Source: a virus. From it: a stretch of 64,000 bases of DNA. Where the stretch lies: the IMG/VR virus record IMGVR_UViG_3300035034_001897, positions 14,947 through 78,946 of that record; one strand, 5' to 3'. Made by a program: the position numbers and the translations under genes. Of the stretch, positions 38,590 through 48,392 are shown piece after piece (positions within the stretch are counted from its first letter, which is position 1; each line of letters starts with the position of its first letter). Under the pieces are notes generated by a model. It worked only from the letters and a program-made list of their open reading frames with translations, did no database searches and had not been told where the DNA came from.

Positions 38590-40538
38590 TGGAGAATATT
38601 GCAACTGGTATAGGACAGAGAATTGTCGTGAGAACATCTATTGCGTCAAGAGTTAATCAAATCAACTCTTTCACTAATGGAATTGTTGGAGAGACAGCTG
38701 TGAGATTCTTTGACAAAACTTTTAGATACACACTAGACACCATCAATTGGTATGACGAACAGCCTCTAACAAACACCAATCTTCAATCAATTGATATCAA
38801 TCAAACTCAAGAGTTTGAAGTTGAGTATATTTTTACTAGACAAGGAACTGATGATACTGGAGACTTGCAACTTGACTGGATCAACCTAAACGTAGATGCT
38901 GTAGATATAGATAGTGGAGAGACTTTTCACAATAGCGTGTTTAGCTATTTTTTTGACGAAATAAATACTCAACCTTCAATAGTAAATTGGTGCAGTAACG
39001 TTCTGAATAAGCTATATCAGCCAGGAATTGTTTCTAAAACACTCACAAGAGGAGCGAATCAAAATCTATTAGAGGAGGATAGAGATTACATTGATTTATG
39101 GAGAACAGTTTCGTGTTTTTTCTCAGTACAAGTGCAATACGCTAAACAATTTGAACTGTTTGATAGTGATAGAAGATTACTTGCTAGATACCTAACAACC
39201 AAAAGTCTCTTTATTCAAAAAGATCAGTCAATTGATAGTATGATTGTATTGATGCATAACTTTTACAATCAGATGGCTAAAAGAGGTACTATGGAGATAG
39301 TTGATGTAAAAAATACTCCAAATAGTGAACTGTTGAGAATCATTAATTATAATGGGAAGTGCGAAGAGATGCTATTTGCTCCAAACAATCCTAGAACAGT
39401 AGGGTGGGTAGTTAATACCAACTCTCCATTAAACAAATATATTCACGATAATCCTTTTTTAATTAAGTTGTATACTGAAGAGCAATATGTGAATTTACCT
39501 TTAATAGGTCAACAATATGTTGGAATTGAAGGAACTCAATTAAAGATTTTTGACGTTCCTAACGATGAAGTTGCAGGAATAACGTTAGAGCAATTTAATG
39601 ATCAATTCACCACTGTAATAGATCCAACTATAACGTATGAAATGAATTTTTGGGTTAAAGGAGATGGAAATTTAACAGCAACAGTGTTAGGTTTTGACGA
39701 TGAAAATCAACCTTTAAATCCCATAACGCTAGGATCTGTATCAACTCAAAGCAACACAGCAATTGTTAGAAAGAAAATGATAAATAATCAAAATTGGTTT
39801 TTTGTCAGAATTATAGTATTTCCACATACATATTCTGCAGTTGTCGGATCTGTAGTAGAAAAAACTAATATAGGTGTTGGATTTAATATGAAGTGGAAAA
39901 AAGATACATGTAGAGCTGGTGTGCAAATACTACTAGACAATTCTCAAAATGAAAACGAAAACCCTACAGCAACAAACACATTTACTACCATTAATCACGA
40001 CGCAGTATTAACAATATCTCTACAGCATTTAATTAACAATTATAGTGACATTGAAGGAGACACTTTCTCATCAATCACAGTAACTGGATTAGTTGGAGGA
40101 GGAACTTTAATATTAGACGGTAACATACCAAACTTACCGTTCAATGTAACTAGACAGCAGATTGATGATGGATTGTTGCAATACGACGATGACGAAAGTG
40201 TTGTTGAAGGCAAGCAGGTTAAGATACAATATGACATCAATGATGAAAGTATGACAGGAGATGTTGGAGATATTTTGTATATTCGCGATATAAAATTTAA
40301 ACCACTTAAAACTACTTATGGAAAGGGTATAGTAGGCTCTCCATTATTAGTAGAAAGTTGGTTAAATAACAAAGGAGAAAGGTCGAATTCACAAGTTGAC
40401 GAGATTGTTAGAAGATATCTCATTCCACACAACGTTGCATTTATCAACAATTTTATTAAGCAACCAAACAGTGCAATAGAGCCAATCGCCGTCAACAAAG
40501 GATTGTATGAAGATAAATATGAAACTAGATATCAATAA
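38589..40538 (+). CDS. Baseplate wedge/tail protein with Ig-like insertion
   Basis: MAKRGT motif of gpI-type wedge proteins; Ig-like repeat near the C-terminus. Confidence 0.55.
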   Translation: MENIATGIGQRIVVRTSIASRVNQINSFTNGIVGETAVRFFDKTFRYTLDTINWYDEQPLTNTNLQSIDINQTQEFEVEYIFTRQGTDDTGDLQLDWINLNVDAVDIDSGETFHNSVFSYFFDEINTQPSIVNWCSNVLNKLYQPGIVSKTLTRGANQNLLEEDRDYIDLWRTVSCFFSVQVQYAKQFELFDSDRRLLARYLTTKSLFIQKDQSIDSMIVLMHNFYNQMAKRGTMEIVDVKNTPNSELLRIINYNGKCEEMLFAPNNPRTVGWVVNTNSPLNKYIHDNPFLIKLYTEEQYVNLPLIGQQYVGIEGTQLKIFDVPNDEVAGITLEQFNDQFTTVIDPTITYEMNFWVKGDGNLTATVLGFDDENQPLNPITLGSVSTQSNTAIVRKKMINNQNWFFVRIIVFPHTYSAVVGSVVEKTNIGVGFNMKWKKDTCRAGVQILLDNSQNENENPTATNTFTTINHDAVLTISLQHLINNYSDIEGDTFSSITVTGLVGGGTLILDGNIPNLPFNVTRQQIDDGLLQYDDDESVVEGKQVKIQYDINDESMTGDVGDILYIRDIKFKPLKTTYGKGIVGSPLLVESWLNNKGERSNSQVDEIVRRYLIPHNVAFINNFIKQPNSAIEPIAVNKGLYEDKYETRYQ

Positions 40539-41215
40539 TGGATAATTTAACCGAACTATCAGTAAACATTGACCAAGCAGTAGATCCAAACGCACTTCCA
40601 GGAGGAATATTGGCAGTTGAGCATAACGCTGTTATGAAAGCCATAGTCAATTCTTTAGGGAAGTATGTAGGATTTCCTTTCTTAGCAAAGAGAGAAGGTC
40701 AAGTCCTTGAAGGGTGTCTAATTTGGAACGGAAATAACTTCAACACTCAAACGATATTCTTGTTGACAGTAAATCGACTCACTCAAGACGGGAATGATTT
40801 TGGCAAAATACTACAGTCAATGTCTAACGGCGATTTATTTCACATAAAAGATTTCCAAGGGAGAAGTTCTCTACTTCAATTCATTGAATTTCAACCATCA
40901 GTAGATGCATTTAGTAACGAAGTTTATAACATAAACGTTCAAGGATTTGCAGACAATCCAGACTATATTTATACTGAAGTAGAAGAGAGTCAATGTTTAA
41001 TTGAGATAATTAAGCAACCAAGTTTGTTAACGATTTTTACTATAAACAAGCCTCTAGTAATTAAAAGTCCATTAAATAATAACGCTGACGTCATAGAGAT
41101 TGGAGATATTGTTCAAACATATATAGGTGATAAGCTGATCAAAGGAGTGTATAATGGAGGTTCTTTAGGAGATATTAATAATTACAGGATTTTAGATACA
41201 ACAACAATAAATTAA
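40538..41215 (+). CDS. Tail/baseplate hypothetical protein
   Basis: TAATG-coupled within the tail operon. Confidence 0.55.
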   Translation: MDNLTELSVNIDQAVDPNALPGGILAVEHNAVMKAIVNSLGKYVGFPFLAKREGQVLEGCLIWNGNNFNTQTIFLLTVNRLTQDGNDFGKILQSMSNGDLFHIKDFQGRSSLLQFIEFQPSVDAFSNEVYNINVQGFADNPDYIYTEVEESQCLIEIIKQPSLLTIFTINKPLVIKSPLNNNADVIEIGDIVQTYIGDKLIKGVYNGGSLGDINNYRILDTTTIN

Positions 41216-43230
41216 TGGACTTAAAACTAAGCAACGATCTATTTTTAGGATTAGCTGAATTGAAACATCTTAAACTTTCTCTAAAAGAAGAGGGGTACGA
41301 GAAAATCATTCAACAAATGGTAACTTCATATGGTGTAGTTCGATCATCGTCAATCACCAATATAGTTACTGTACAATTGCAGACAAGCAATCGATTCACA
41401 GCATTACAGCCAGTCGCTTCTGGATTAGGAAAGATCACAGTCAAAGCAGGTAAAGCTGTCGATAAAAATCTAGACGTTATTGACGTTAAAGAGGATCAAG
41501 ATCAAATTTTAAACATTGCAGCAGATGGAGTGAAGAGATATGTGACAGTTGCTTACAGAAAGACGGTAAATGAGCAAGGAACAATCGACGTTCAAGCAGA
41601 CGGAACGATTGTAGGGACTGGAACAAACTTCACAGAAAGATTGAGAGGACAATCAAACTTCCCTAGTAAAATTAGAATAATACAGCCAACATTTGCTGAA
41701 AGTATCAATACAGCATTGGAAGTGATAGAGTATGAAATTCAATCAGTGCAAAGTGATACATTAGCAACATTAAATGTTGCTCAAGGAACTATTGCACCAT
41801 CAACAGATAAAAAGTTTCAAATAGTAGGAAGTTTTACTCCAGCAACGATAGTGCCATCTCAAAATAAGTATCCGCTAGAATCTGATGGATATATTATTCG
41901 TTTAAGGTTAAGTGATGACGTTGAAGAAGGAATTGAATTTGTGTTAGGAGAGGTTGTGTATGATGGGATAGCAATGACTATCACTGATCGTAGATTAGAT
42001 AACCTATTTAGTGTATGGGATCCTAAATTATTAGAGATAACAGATTTCAATCCAGTCATAGGAGTTGAGAATATCAAATATGACAATCTAAATAGTGACG
42101 GATCGAAAAATTTAGTTCGATTAGGTTGGGGAATAAAAAGTATTAACGGAAACTGGTCAATTAATCCTTCACAGCAAAACGTGGTAATTCAGCAAGGCTC
42201 AGGAGGAGCTTGGGACTCAATCAATCCTTCAATTACTGGATTTGCAGCAGTTGATACATCCCCAAATATAGATAGATTTAAAGGATGGAGACTGCTGTTT
42301 GAGCAAACAGGACAGATAGTAGAAATTCAATCATCAAACAATACGTCAGCTGGATTAGTGTTAGGTATTGATTTTGAACCAACATATCCTACACAAGGTA
42401 GCGTATATATCATTCCAGATTGTGATATGGTTGAGTTGAGAATAACTAACATCACTAATCCTACTGCAGATAGAGAGATCAGTTTTTCAACAAAGCAAGC
42501 ATTTGCTATTGTGCCAGTAGAAGCTGGGAGTGAAAGTAACATTCAATACAGACATATCAAAGGAGATTTAATTACTCCATTTCGCAATATAAATAATGGA
42601 GATTATATTAATGAAGAAGCGCAACTTTCTAGTGCTGGAATCTCGATTACAGCATCACTGACAACTTCATACACTCAAGGAAACGTAACACCTACAGTTA
42701 ATGCAAACCAAAACACAGCACTACTTGATAGGATAATTAATCCAGGATTTATTATAGATTTCTTTGGAAGTGAAGAGCAAGCAGAACAGCAAGAAGGTTT
42801 TGTGATATGTGATGGAAGAACAATTACTAAACCAGGATCACCTTTCGATGGTCAATTAGCTCCAGATTTAAGTGGTAGAGTTACACTAATGTTTGATGAT
42901 GGTGAGACAGATTACGAGCAAGTAGGAAATATAGGAGGTTCTGCCAGTATTAACTTAACTGTAGGGCAGTTACCTACTCACTCACATAGTGGATCGACAG
43001 CAGGGAGTGATGGAGCACACACACACACACTCGCTCAACAAGTTGTTGTTGAAGGAGCTGGAGACAATGCTCTCACAAACTTAGATAACATTCCAGGTGG
43101 TGGAGCAAACGTTTCTACAAACAATGATGGAGCACACACACACAACTTCACTACACAAGAAGTAGGCGACAATCAAGATATTGATGTAAGACAGCCATTC
43201 TTTGTATTGTTTAAATTAATGAAAATTTAA
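41215..43230 (+). CDS. Tail fibre/baseplate protein with collar domain
   Basis: GFVICDG...PDLSGR collar motif, QLPTHSH/GAHTH tip repeats, QPFFVLFKLMKI end. Confidence 0.8.
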   Translation: MDLKLSNDLFLGLAELKHLKLSLKEEGYEKIIQQMVTSYGVVRSSSITNIVTVQLQTSNRFTALQPVASGLGKITVKAGKAVDKNLDVIDVKEDQDQILNIAADGVKRYVTVAYRKTVNEQGTIDVQADGTIVGTGTNFTERLRGQSNFPSKIRIIQPTFAESINTALEVIEYEIQSVQSDTLATLNVAQGTIAPSTDKKFQIVGSFTPATIVPSQNKYPLESDGYIIRLRLSDDVEEGIEFVLGEVVYDGIAMTITDRRLDNLFSVWDPKLLEITDFNPVIGVENIKYDNLNSDGSKNLVRLGWGIKSINGNWSINPSQQNVVIQQGSGGAWDSINPSITGFAAVDTSPNIDRFKGWRLLFEQTGQIVEIQSSNNTSAGLVLGIDFEPTYPTQGSVYIIPDCDMVELRITNITNPTADREISFSTKQAFAIVPVEAGSESNIQYRHIKGDLITPFRNINNGDYINEEAQLSSAGISITASLTTSYTQGNVTPTVNANQNTALLDRIINPGFIIDFFGSEEQAEQQEGFVICDGRTITKPGSPFDGQLAPDLSGRVTLMFDDGETDYEQVGNIGGSASINLTVGQLPTHSHSGSTAGSDGAHTHTLAQQVVVEGAGDNALTNLDNIPGGGANVSTNNDGAHTHNFTTQEVGDNQDIDVRQPFFVLFKLMKI

Positions 43231-43235
43231 CTAAA

Positions 43236-44144
43236 ATGAAATTGTACTATACAGGAGCAGTGACGTACGAAGGGTCTCAATTAAATCCCAACAAATCGTT
43301 GGGAGGATATCCTTCATCCTCACAAGTACCTTTAGAGGGGCTTGATCAGCTATTTGGAGCAATATCTCAACAAGACATGCGAGATGGCAATAGCCTTACC
43401 AAAGCAGTTGTGTTAAAAAATGAAACAAGTGAAGTTGTTGAAGGAGCTTCTATATACTATAAAAACAACTCTCAGTATCCAATATCGAATTATAGAGTAG
43501 CACTTTCAGTGTTGAGTGTAGATGATTGCGATAAGCTGTCGATGAGTTCGATAAATACTCCATATGATAAACCACTTAACGCAATATTCATCGATTGCAG
43601 AAATGAGGATGGATCTTTAACATTTCCGACCATTCAGTTGAATCAGTATATTGGTATATGGATTGAAAGAAACGTTAACATTGCTAAAGGAAATGAGCAA
43701 TTATCGTGCGATTTCCTATTAGAGGCACACGACGGAGAGAAGATTAGTCAAGTTAGTCAATATACATTCAACGATACAGCGGTTGTAGGAAAACACTTTA
43801 CGTTAGACACCATCACAAATAAATATGTAATATGGTTTGATGACGGTACTGGACAAATACCGCAAATTGCTGGATCTTATGAATTATTAATAATAAGACT
43901 CGATCAAGAAACTACACAAAGTATAGCTGAAAAGGTTAGTAGCAAGATTAATAACATCGTCGGTGAAAAAGGAGAAGTTTCTGTTACTAGTCAACAGAAT
44001 AAAGTAATTGTAACAAATCAACAACAAGGGCAATCGAGTGATGTAATCACAGATTCGTTAACAATTGATTATCAGATCATTACGCAAGGACAAGATTCAA
44101 CAGTTGAAAAAATAGAGAGCGTTGAGCTAGTTATTGAGTATTAA
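43236..44144 (+). CDS. Tail-associated structural protein
   Basis: SLGGYPSS...LFG.IS; last gene of the tail operon. Confidence 0.55.
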   Translation: MKLYYTGAVTYEGSQLNPNKSLGGYPSSSQVPLEGLDQLFGAISQQDMRDGNSLTKAVVLKNETSEVVEGASIYYKNNSQYPISNYRVALSVLSVDDCDKLSMSSINTPYDKPLNAIFIDCRNEDGSLTFPTIQLNQYIGIWIERNVNIAKGNEQLSCDFLLEAHDGEKISQVSQYTFNDTAVVGKHFTLDTITNKYVIWFDDGTGQIPQIAGSYELLIIRLDQETTQSIAEKVSSKINNIVGEKGEVSVTSQQNKVIVTNQQQGQSSDVITDSLTIDYQIITQGQDSTVEKIESVELVIEY

Positions 44145-44146
44145 AA

Positions 44147-44177
44147 TTTGCAATTAAAGATATTGATTGTATATTTA
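44147..44177 (+). promoter_or_regulatory. Promoter, class B, at the start of the replication block
   Basis: TTTG-N19-TATATTTA. Confidence 0.55.
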
Positions 44178-44181
44178 CTGA

Positions 44182-44778
44182 ATGAAGTTGAGATTTATCG
44201 TGCACGAACTATATTGTCATTTCGACAGTAAATTTCACAACACAGATCCTAGATTAAGTAAGCCTATCGATAATCAATCGATCACTAACTTTTTAATTGA
44301 AGTTCATAAAGATTATAATTTGAATTCAATTAACAATGATTTTCTATTCAAATATTTCATATATCAATACGATTATTGGAAGAGTAAAGAGATTAGAGCA
44401 TTTGGAAATCATACAAGATTGATCAATATTATAGGACCGAAAGCGTATAGTAGGTTCAAACAAATTCAAACAAATTCAACCTATAATTGGTACAATGCTG
44501 AAAAATCATTAGTTGAATATGGTATAGACAGATCTATTCTTTCAAGATATAATCACAACAAATCGTCAGATCCATCGAAACTTCATATAGACGAGGAAAA
44601 AGAAAAGATCGTTTTCAAAAGCAATCATCATTTGCAGTTAGCGCACTGCATAGATAACACAACACTATACAATCATAACAGCAATCACTGTCAAGTTTGT
44701 ACGATGCAAAATGTATGTAAGAGAATGTTGAAAGATAATTTACCACAATTATATGTAAATAGAGGTTATGAATTATAA
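44182..44778 (+). CDS. Hypothetical protein with C-terminal Cys cluster
   Basis: C-x12-C-x2-C-x5-C. Confidence 0.6.
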   Translation: MKLRFIVHELYCHFDSKFHNTDPRLSKPIDNQSITNFLIEVHKDYNLNSINNDFLFKYFIYQYDYWKSKEIRAFGNHTRLINIIGPKAYSRFKQIQTNSTYNWYNAEKSLVEYGIDRSILSRYNHNKSSDPSKLHIDEEKEKIVFKSNHHLQLAHCIDNTTLYNHNSNHCQVCTMQNVCKRMLKDNLPQLYVNRGYEL

Positions 44779-45250
44779 GTATGGAAAATGTGACGATTGC
44801 GATTGTGGGCAGGAGCAGTTGATTGTCAACAAGACACACAATTTGTGTAATGAGAAGAATCAGCAAAGATTAAGCAAGCAGAGAGGTGGTGTAAAGAAGA
44901 AGTCTGTATCTCGCATAAAAGGAGTGTCTCAAAAGAAAAGAAGTGAAGGTCAGCTGTATAAGCAAGCGTGTGAAGAAATTAAGCAAGAGAGAGAGTTACT
45001 TTGTCAAGGTTGTGGTACAAGTGAGCGATTAAGTTTTAGTCATTTAGAGCCTCGATCTTATAGTAAGAGAAACGTTGCTAACAAGCAAATGATACAAATC
45101 CACTGTATGACGTTTGGAGAGGTTGAGGGTTGTCACAATAAATATGAAGATCATAACCTTAGCGAACTCAATGATAAAGATCAGATTATAGAGAAGTTGA
45201 AGAAATTTGCGCCAGACTATTTTAACTTAATTGAAGACAAAATTAAATGA
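44768..45250 (+). CDS. Zn-binding HNH-like (NinG/Ref-like) nuclease
   Basis: CQGCG...SH...N..C......CH pattern. Confidence 0.55.
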   Translation: MNYKYGKCDDCDCGQEQLIVNKTHNLCNEKNQQRLSKQRGGVKKKSVSRIKGVSQKKRSEGQLYKQACEEIKQERELLCQGCGTSERLSFSHLEPRSYSKRNVANKQMIQIHCMTFGEVEGCHNKYEDHNLSELNDKDQIIEKLKKFAPDYFNLIEDKIK

Positions 45251-45759
45251 AAAGACATTTACAGTACACATCAGAAGATTATATTCAAGAAGCAGATGGA
45301 AGAGGTGTGCGTCCTATTAGCAATATTGACTGTCAAATAATAACGAAGATTATACAAGTCGTTAAGCAGCACGATTCTCAATTTGCAGATGTTTTAGATC
45401 AATGGAAACATAGACCAGATGAGGATGTTTTAGAGCTGATTGATAGTGTGATTGCTGGAAACTTAGATCCTGAGCAAGTACAGGGAGAGGATCAAGATTT
45501 TGACGAATGGATCTCAAACATCTTTATCAAAATTAAAAATCACACATTCAAGTTGATGCATATATACAGCATATCAACTCAAGACACTTATGCTGATGGA
45601 CGTCCTTTATATAATTTAATCATAAATAAAGGACCTTTGCCAGCCAAAAACGCTTGGTATGAGAATACAGTAGTTAAGTGCTATACAAAAGAGGATAGAG
45701 ATAAAACTATAAAAGAGTTAGAAGACAAATTAAAAAACTACAATTGTAAATTTATATAA
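45247..45759 (+). CDS. Hypothetical protein
   Basis: ORF track; coupled to its neighbours. Confidence 0.6.
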   Translation: MKRHLQYTSEDYIQEADGRGVRPISNIDCQIITKIIQVVKQHDSQFADVLDQWKHRPDEDVLELIDSVIAGNLDPEQVQGEDQDFDEWISNIFIKIKNHTFKLMHIYSISTQDTYADGRPLYNLIINKGPLPAKNAWYENTVVKCYTKEDRDKTIKELEDKLKNYNCKFI

Positions 45760-45760
45760 T

Positions 45761-46024
45761 ATGGAAGAGAGCAAAAAAGAAGAGTGTTCGTCACTAAAAC
45801 TGTATGAAGGGAAAGACTTCACTACATCAAAATTGGTAGATTATCTTAACGATAAATTTGGATCAAAAAAAACAGGAAAGGCCTTTAAAATAGGAGATAT
45901 TCAACAGTATCTTCGACGAGGATTCTTACCAAAGTCTTATGGACATCACCCTATCTGTTTGATAGAGAGTGAAGAAATAGGAGTGAAAGTAGTTCGTGTA
46001 GATTTCACAAAAACCGTAAAATAA
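45761..46024 (+). CDS. Small hypothetical protein (possible DNA-binding)
   Basis: ORF track. Confidence 0.55.
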   Translation: MEESKKEECSSLKLYEGKDFTTSKLVDYLNDKFGSKKTGKAFKIGDIQQYLRRGFLPKSYGHHPICLIESEEIGVKVVRVDFTKTVK

Positions 46025-46025
46025 T

Positions 46026-46676
46026 ATGAAAGTAGCAGATATAGTAATATGGGATATTGAAACTGGAGGTTTCAAAAAAGAAGATAATGGATTAGCAGAG
46101 ATTGCGATGATAGTAATTGATAGTGAAACCTTATTAGAAAAAGATCGTTATGAATGTGTTATAGCACCATACGAGCAACCTTCTGGAGAAATGAGTACAT
46201 ATAATCCAAAAGCGCTTGAAGTGAATGGATTGACGATGAAACAGATAAATAACGGAATCCCTGCAAAACAAGCAGTAAAAGAAATTAAAGAATTCTGCGC
46301 TAAGTATAAGAAAACTATGAAAGGTGGACAAGGGAAACTTATTCCAGCTGGTCATAACTTAGTTGGATTTGACATACCTTACTTAACCTTCTTCTTAGAA
46401 ATATTCAAAGTAAAATACTCAGACCTATTTCATCCGTTAGCAATTGACACAATGTTGTGGACTAGACTAAAATGGACTAGAGATGGATCAATAGCTAATC
46501 ATAAGTTAGGAACAGCTTGCGATATGGCTGGTGTGGCGTTAGTTGACGCTCACCGTGCAATGAATGATGTTGAAGGAAACGCTGAACTAGTGAGACACTT
46601 CATTAGAAGTATGAGACAGCAAGGTCAAGTAACACAAGCAAAAAAGAAAAGGTTCAGAGAGAAATTCAGATTCTAA
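46026..46676 (+). CDS. DEDDh 3'-5' exonuclease (DnaQ/epsilon-like)
   Basis: WDIETGG, GHNLVGFDIPYL and AHRAMNDV motifs. Confidence 0.92.
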   Translation: MKVADIVIWDIETGGFKKEDNGLAEIAMIVIDSETLLEKDRYECVIAPYEQPSGEMSTYNPKALEVNGLTMKQINNGIPAKQAVKEIKEFCAKYKKTMKGGQGKLIPAGHNLVGFDIPYLTFFLEIFKVKYSDLFHPLAIDTMLWTRLKWTRDGSIANHKLGTACDMAGVALVDAHRAMNDVEGNAELVRHFIRSMRQQGQVTQAKKKRFREKFRF

Positions 46677-48389
46677 ATGCCAAATCAGAACAAAACTCAT
46701 TTTCCAGTAAGTCCGTTAAGTAATAGTCAAAGCAATCTTTCAATTCAACAATTGAGAGACACTTATGATATTGTAAACGACATTGTTGACAATCTTGATC
46801 CTCAAGCGATATTAGAATTATCGTCTGGAAATCAAAGAGACGTTGATCATATCTTAGATGTATTAGTCGACGAGACAGCAGCAGTCATTTCGTCAAGCAA
46901 TAGATCAATAGATACAGCAAAGTTTGGGTATTTAGATAAATTTACAAATTCAGTAGAAGAGACTCTCAGATGTAAGAGTCTCAATTATTTTATACTGACG
47001 TGCTTACCAAACTTCATTTTGGGGTGGCACAATATTGAATGGGGAAATCTCATTCAAATGTATAGATTGTTAGGAGTACTTGCAGCTCGTGATCACGGGA
47101 AAAGTTATCAGTTTAGTTTTGCATATCCTTTATGGCAAATGTATCGATATAGAGCAAAAGGAACAATTCTTAACCCAGTCGCAAAAGAACTTCAAATGGC
47201 TCGTGAAGGATTGTTGGTTACCAACGAATTTGGATTAGCTCGTCACCTATTAAATATCCTTAAAGAAGAGGTTCAGAATAACGATATCTTAGGAGAACGT
47301 TTGATGCCTGACAATAAGAGAGATGGTTGGGGTAATGAAAAAATTATAGCAAAGAATGGTTCGTCGTTAGCAGTGAAATCTGCAATGTCTAAAATTCGTG
47401 GATATCACCCTACATATATGATTTTAGATGATTTCTTAAATGAATCATCTTTATATAGTCAAGATCAGCGTGACAAATATCTTAACGTATTCTTAGCAGT
47501 TATTATGCCTGCACTTTCACCAGGAGGACAGTTAGCTATTGTAGGAACGCCATTCTTCGAGAAGGATCTATATGCATATTTAAAAACAACTGGCATATTC
47601 AAAATTTTCGAATACCCTGCAATATTCCCAGACGGAAGGTTATTATTTCCACAACGACACACTTTTGATTCATTAATGGAAAAAAAGAAGTTGTTAGGTT
47701 CATTAGTATTCTCACGAGAAATATTAGTTAAACCAATTTCAGATGCAGCAGCAATCTTTCCATACGAAACTTTAAGGAACTCAATTAAAGGACAAGATGA
47801 AGTTGATTTGACGATGAATATCGATAGCAGTCCTCGTAAATATGTCAAAATTGTTGTTGGATGTGATTTTGCAGTATCATCAAGTGTAGGTGCCGATTAC
47901 AGTGTATTTACAATTATAGGTGTAGATGAATTAGGAATATTTCACGTATTGAATTGCTGGAGAAAATCAGGAGCAAATTACGCTCAACAGATAGGAGTGT
48001 TGAAGAAAATCAACAAAGACTTTAGACCTGACGTGATGTATGCAGAGGATAATGGAATGCAACAAATTTTCATTCAAATGATGGAAGATGCAAACCTTCC
48101 AGTAATAGGAAAGACAACTAATGCAGTAAATAAGAAATCTTTATACGAGGGAGTCCCATCGTTAGCAGTATTATTTGAAACCCGAAGAATTAAATTTCCG
48201 TACGGAACTCAAAGAGCTAAAGATATGACAGATTTGTATTTTACAGAACTAAATAGTATCACATATATTCAAGATACTGGTAAACTAGAGTCAGTTAGTC
48301 AACACGACGATACATCAATGTCTCTGTGGTGTGGTATTAGAGGAGCGAAAAATAATATTGAGGATTTTGATTTCTCATTTGTAGGATAA
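46677..48389 (+). CDS. Terminase large subunit
   Basis: AARDHGKS, IRGYHP..ILDD, VGTP, VGCDFA..ADYSV and HDDTSMS motifs. Confidence 0.93.
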   Translation: MPNQNKTHFPVSPLSNSQSNLSIQQLRDTYDIVNDIVDNLDPQAILELSSGNQRDVDHILDVLVDETAAVISSSNRSIDTAKFGYLDKFTNSVEETLRCKSLNYFILTCLPNFILGWHNIEWGNLIQMYRLLGVLAARDHGKSYQFSFAYPLWQMYRYRAKGTILNPVAKELQMAREGLLVTNEFGLARHLLNILKEEVQNNDILGERLMPDNKRDGWGNEKIIAKNGSSLAVKSAMSKIRGYHPTYMILDDFLNESSLYSQDQRDKYLNVFLAVIMPALSPGGQLAIVGTPFFEKDLYAYLKTTGIFKIFEYPAIFPDGRLLFPQRHTFDSLMEKKKLLGSLVFSREILVKPISDAAAIFPYETLRNSIKGQDEVDLTMNIDSSPRKYVKIVVGCDFAVSSSVGADYSVFTIIGVDELGIFHVLNCWRKSGANYAQQIGVLKKINKDFRPDVMYAEDNGMQQIFIQMMEDANLPVIGKTTNAVNKKSLYEGVPSLAVLFETRRIKFPYGTQRAKDMTDLYFTELNSITYIQDTGKLESVSQHDDTSMSLWCGIRGAKNNIEDFDFSFVG

Positions 48390-48392
48390 AAT

